Source of the DNA: Escherichia phage vB_EcoM_G17 | Length of the DNA stretch: 64,000 bases | Direction: 5' to 3' (one strand) | Sequence record: MK327931.1 | Shown here: piece after piece, positions 52,927 through 64,000 of the stretch | Layout: every line of letters starts with the position of its first letter | Position numbering within the stretch: position 1 is the first letter of the stretch | Translations under genes and position numbers: made by a program | Notes under the pieces: generated by a model | Databases searched by the model: none | Seen by the model: the letters and a program-made list of their open reading frames with translations, nothing else | What the model was told of the DNA's origin: nothing

Positions 52927-52929
52927 TTA

Positions 52930-53720
52930 TTATTTTACTAACATAAGTTGAAGTTCGGCACTTGGACTTGATTCATCATCACTCCAGTACTTATGAACCT
53001 TATCTGGACTCGCCTTTGCAAGTACTTCACCACCACCAACAATATAAACTTGATGGGAACCAATTAAACGGGTCCAGAATTTAATTGCATCATCAGTATG
53101 CAGACTATCACTCAGAACTTTAATACCATGTGATATCATATCCATAAAAATATTATAAATTATACCTTTAGTTCCAGTTTTAGATGCAGTTGCGGCAATT
53201 TCAAAAACGTTTTGAACACCAAGTACTGCATCATTGGATAAATGCCCACTAACTATAGCAAGCTGTTTACCAGACTTATCGTAAGCGATAAATCCAGTAC
53301 CGTTTTTGTTCATATATACATCATAGTCTTTATGTTCTGCGAACTTAACCATGTTGTGCTTACCTGTCATTTCGGCAGTTTTATCGACAAACTCGTCTCG
53401 GTCTTGACCTTGAAAACTATCGAAACGTTGTGGCATTTCATCCAACTTATCTTTGTCGTCTTCACATGAATCCATTATATCACAAGTTCTGTCGTCTGTA
53501 TCAGCTAATTCTGCATCTTGTACAATATCGACTAAACTACGCATACTTGCTTCTTTTACTTTATTAGGAAGTTTAGAACTTTTTTTAAGATTTCCTTCCT
53601 TTTCATCAGCGGCATTCCATTCTTTAGCAGCACTTTGCGAAATTCCAGCTTTCTTTGCAAATTCTGGATTGTGTGCGGCGGCTGCGAAGAATTTAGCCTG
53701 ACTTTTACTCTTACTTGGCA

Positions 53721-53721
<1 letters not shown>
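52930..53721 (-). CDS. hypothetical protein
   Basis: 263-aa ORF. Confidence 0.55.
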
Positions 53722-55864
<2,143 letters not shown>

Positions 55865-55898
55865 ATATATCTAATCTTGGAGTTTTTAAGTCTATATT

Positions 55899-56961
<1,063 letters not shown>

Positions 56962-57030
56962 GTAATAAAAGCTCCAATATGATTTTAATGTTTTGTTCGA
57001 TAGTAATTATAGGATAGAACATTAGTTCTG

Positions 57031-57225
57031 TCAAGCACTATCATTGTGTTTTTTAATTGCTTCACAGATTGCTTGAACTTGAACAAGATAAGTTTTTGCA
57101 AATTCTGCTTGGGTTCGCACACGGGGGTTCGGTGCGTCTTTGATCATAAGTTCTAGGTCATAAACTACCTTATCAAAAACTCCCTTGTCTTCAATAATAC
57201 GATCATAAAATGTTTTGTCAGTCAT
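57031..57225 (-). CDS. hypothetical protein
   Basis: 64-aa ORF. Confidence 0.4.
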   Translation of the reverse strand: MTDKTFYDRIIEDKGVFDKVVYDLELMIKDAPNPRVRTQAEFAKTYLVQVQAICEAIKKHNDSA

Positions 57226-57248
57226 GTCAAGAACTCCATGTTATAAAA

Positions 57249-57839
57249 TTATAATTTAACGTAAGATACTACAGATGCATCAGAAACAGAAGGAACATTA
57301 AGATACACGTTCTCATACTCAATAAAATCAACAGTACTCGTAGTAAGAGCATTCTTGATACGTTGTATGGTTTTTTGTACAGTAATTTCTTCATTTTCTA
57401 GTGCATTAGTGCCATTACCTTTCAATGAATCATTGATTAGTGTTTGGATAATCTCAGCAGCTTTTGCTGTTTTCATATCTTCAGTAGTTAGTGCTGCTTG
57501 TTCTGCAACACTCAAAGTACTAAGAAAAGGTTGATAACTAATATATCCAACGGTGATTGTTGCACCAGTTGGAATCGTTTTTGCAGTTCCTGGTGTAGCA
57601 AATTCAACATTGCTATAAACTGGTACTGAATAAGTTGAAAGCAAACGAGAAAGTTGTAGGTAACGCAAAAGTGCAATTGACTTATCAATAGTTTGCTGGT
57701 CAGTCGGTGCGGTTGTTGGGGAAGATGAATCATAATCACCATACATATAATATGGGATATTATCTAGGTTCGTCCCTGCAACTTCAATTTTAAATACTTG
57801 TAGTAAATTGTTCATTGTATATTCTTCTCCATAATACAA
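57249..57839 (-). CDS. hypothetical protein
   Basis: 196-aa ORF. Confidence 0.5.
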   Translation of the reverse strand: MYYGEEYTMNNLLQVFKIEVAGTNLDNIPYYMYGDYDSSSPTTAPTDQQTIDKSIALLRYLQLSRLLSTYSVPVYSNVEFATPGTAKTIPTGATITVGYISYQPFLSTLSVAEQAALTTEDMKTAKAAEIIQTLINDSLKGNGTNALENEEITVQKTIQRIKNALTTSTVDFIEYENVYLNVPSVSDASVVSYVKL

Positions 57840-57898
57840 AACACTTTTGATTATTTATTATTAAAAATCAAAAATATTTACGTATAACATTTAGTCTT

Positions 57899-59242
57899 TT
57901 AGAATCGTGCATTTTGTCTCAACATAACACTATAACGTGGACGTGTCATGGCAGTGTATAAAATTCTACACTTAGTATCATTTGTACCAATACGTTCAAT
58001 AAAATCAGTATCAAACCAAATGTTATCAAAAGTACTTCCTTGCGATTTATGAACAGTTGTTGCGTAAGGATAATTGATAATATGCAATTTATTCTTTATT
58101 ACATAGTAATCCTGCCACATATATGGTTTCTTTGTCAATGGATTTATTTCTTTTTTCTCAATATCCTTAACAAGTTTATCTAGTTTTTCGTCCATTGCAA
58201 TTCTTGTTTCTGGTCCTACGCCTAAAATATAACTACCATTAGGTAAACGGAATTGCCAACAATCTATTCCCATGAAACTTTCACGTTTCACTTCAGGACA
58301 TTGTATAATTTGTTGTACTACATATGGACTATTCTCAGTTATGCTTTCAAAAACAATTGGTTCACCTTTAGTAAATTCATCTGGTACTTCAAATAGTTGA
58401 CTTCTAATGTAAATATTAGCCAAATTAACTCGATAGTTAGTATATGCTAAGATTTTATTTTCATTTACGAAATCAAATATTTTTTTAGATGAACCCTTGT
58501 TTTCCATAATAAATTCACGATAAACATCTAAAAATAAATCTTCATCATCAATAGGTGTAATAGTGCTTAAACCATATGTCTGATGCATAATATCAAATGG
58601 ATTTTTACTAGTTCCAATACACTCTCGAATAGCAGTTGCAACTGCCAAAATCGGATTATCCAATGCTTGACGTAAAACCTCAGTTAACTCATATTGAACA
58701 GGTACATCAAACGTAGGAGACAATTTAGTCTCTCCCATTGTACCTTCGGACTCAACTGGGGGCAATTGACAACGATCACCAATGAATAAAACTGCTCGAC
58801 GGACACGCCACAATTGATCCTGAATATGTTGGAATAATTCTTCTGAAATCATACTACACTCATCAACAATAAGAATGTCAACGTTAGTATTACTAACTTT
58901 ACTTTGGGGATCATGTTTCAGTACTTGACGATTCTTTTCATATACTAATTTTAGTCCTAAAAAAGAGTGTATTGTACTAACTTGTGCATCTTCCTTAGTA
59001 AGACCAGCATTATTGATTAGCATATTACGAATAACAGCATTGGCTTTATGTGTAGGTGAAGTTACTGCAATATTATAGTTTTTACATAGTGCTTTTACAA
59101 TCTCAGCAGTAGTGAATGTTTTTCCAGTTCCTGCTGGGGCAGACAAAACCGAAATGGTCTTACCTGCATAGTTGTAAACACGATCTATAAAATCATCAAA
59201 GATTTCTTGTTGCTTATCCGTAAGCTTAATTTTACTCATCAT
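57899..59242 (-). CDS. dda: SF1 DNA helicase, Dda/RecD-like
   Basis: Walker A SAPAGTGKTF, Walker B ILIVDECSM, C-terminal TTVHKSQGSTFD motif; 447 aa. Confidence 0.8.
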   Translation of the reverse strand: MMSKIKLTDKQQEIFDDFIDRVYNYAGKTISVLSAPAGTGKTFTTAEIVKALCKNYNIAVTSPTHKANAVIRNMLINNAGLTKEDAQVSTIHSFLGLKLVYEKNRQVLKHDPQSKVSNTNVDILIVDECSMISEELFQHIQDQLWRVRRAVLFIGDRCQLPPVESEGTMGETKLSPTFDVPVQYELTEVLRQALDNPILAVATAIRECIGTSKNPFDIMHQTYGLSTITPIDDEDLFLDVYREFIMENKGSSKKIFDFVNENKILAYTNYRVNLANIYIRSQLFEVPDEFTKGEPIVFESITENSPYVVQQIIQCPEVKRESFMGIDCWQFRLPNGSYILGVGPETRIAMDEKLDKLVKDIEKKEINPLTKKPYMWQDYYVIKNKLHIINYPYATTVHKSQGSTFDNIWFDTDFIERIGTNDTKCRILYTAMTRPRYSVMLRQNARF

Positions 59243-59269
59243 TCCCTCGACTGATTTTTACATTTCAAG

Positions 59270-60572
<1,303 letters not shown>

Positions 60573-60657
60573 ATTACTTCTTTCTCCATATAAACTATGT
60601 AAAACGTAAAATTGGGTAAATACTTTATAAAAATAACAATAAGATTGGAGATTAACA

Positions 60658-62060
<1,403 letters not shown>

Positions 62061-62063
62061 AAT

Positions 62064-62095
62064 AAAAGGAGCAACATTTTGTTGCTCCTTTTTTA

Positions 62096-62096
<1 letters not shown>
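62064..62096. terminator. bidirectional rho-independent terminator
   Basis: AAGGAGCAAC-ATTTT-GTTGCTCCTT hairpin followed by T6, between convergent genes. Confidence 0.6.
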
Positions 62097-63571
<1,475 letters not shown>

Positions 63572-63709
63572 CTAGTGCCATCACTTAAGATTATACCATT
63601 ATCACAAACATCAATCACAGTACCCGTTACCTTTACACCACCAGTAAGATAAAAATCATATATAACGTTAGCATCTATTGTAAAAATATCTTTCATATAT
63701 TATACCCAT

Positions 63710-63734
63710 AAGAAAAGGGATTCATAGAATCCCT
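63710..63734 (-). terminator. putative rho-independent terminator
   Basis: AGGGATTC-ATA-GAATCCCT hairpin followed by a T-rich tract on minus strand. Confidence 0.4.
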
Positions 63735-63746
63735 GTTAGTTTGAAT

Positions 63747-64000
63747 TTATAGTTTGAATGGTGTGAATGTATCTACTTGGATATCATTCACAATACCACC
63801 AATGATATAAGAACTTATTTCAGTTTCTTGTGGTGCAACTTGTACTGAACCACCACTAACCCAATGCTCAGTCCAAGGTAGTGGGTTACTCTTAGATACG
63901 GTATATGGACATTTAATTCCTAGTGCAGTCATACGCTTAGAACCAATCCAACGAACATATTGTTTTAGGATTTCTGCATTCAGCCCAATGATTGAACCAT
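63747..64000 (-). CDS. hypothetical protein (5' end beyond window end)
   Basis: Frame of the 61-aa track ORF stays open to position 64000 (GSIIGLNAEILKQYVRWIGSKRMTALGIK...). Confidence 0.45.
   Translation of the reverse strand, partial: GSIIGLNAEILKQYVRWIGSKRMTALGIKCPYTVSKSNPLPWTEHWVSGGSVQVAPQETEISSYIIGGIVNDIQVDTFTPFKL

Overview
This window reads as a gene-dense, AT-rich stretch of a large virulent phage genome (T4-like replication gene content, inferred from motifs only; no database search was possible). Almost all genes are on the minus strand, with two short plus-strand islands (7451..8605 and 60703..62060). Recognisable content: (1) a DNA replication and nucleotide metabolism block with type II topoisomerase subunits (GyrB-like 50866..52830, GyrA-like 49403..50815), clamp-loader ATPase, Dda-like helicase, RNase HI, DHFR, DexA-like exonuclease and a HAD nucleotidase; (2) host-takeover candidates: a sigma-70 family sigma factor, an IF3 homolog, a ClpS-like adaptor and a GroES-like co-chaperonin; (3) a C5-cytosine DNA methyltransferase and an HNH endonuclease; (4) a cluster of seven tRNA or tRNA-like genes (Thr, Asn, a CAU-anticodon tRNA-like, two Ser, Arg, Gly) interleaved with small ORFs and near-consensus sigma-70 promoters; (5) the most striking feature, about 20 paralogous small genes (roughly 117-193 aa) with variable N-termini and a conserved C-terminal EE-x-FFQ-x-S-x-[IV]-x-D motif, spread over 11174..32805, one of which carries a perfect 153-bp tandem duplication. 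A second small family (N-terminal MTHEEWM) forms a tandem array among the tRNAs. The palindrome TCAGTACTGA appears over-represented and sits inside the repeated promoter. Most remaining ORFs have no recognisable motif and are listed as hypothetical.
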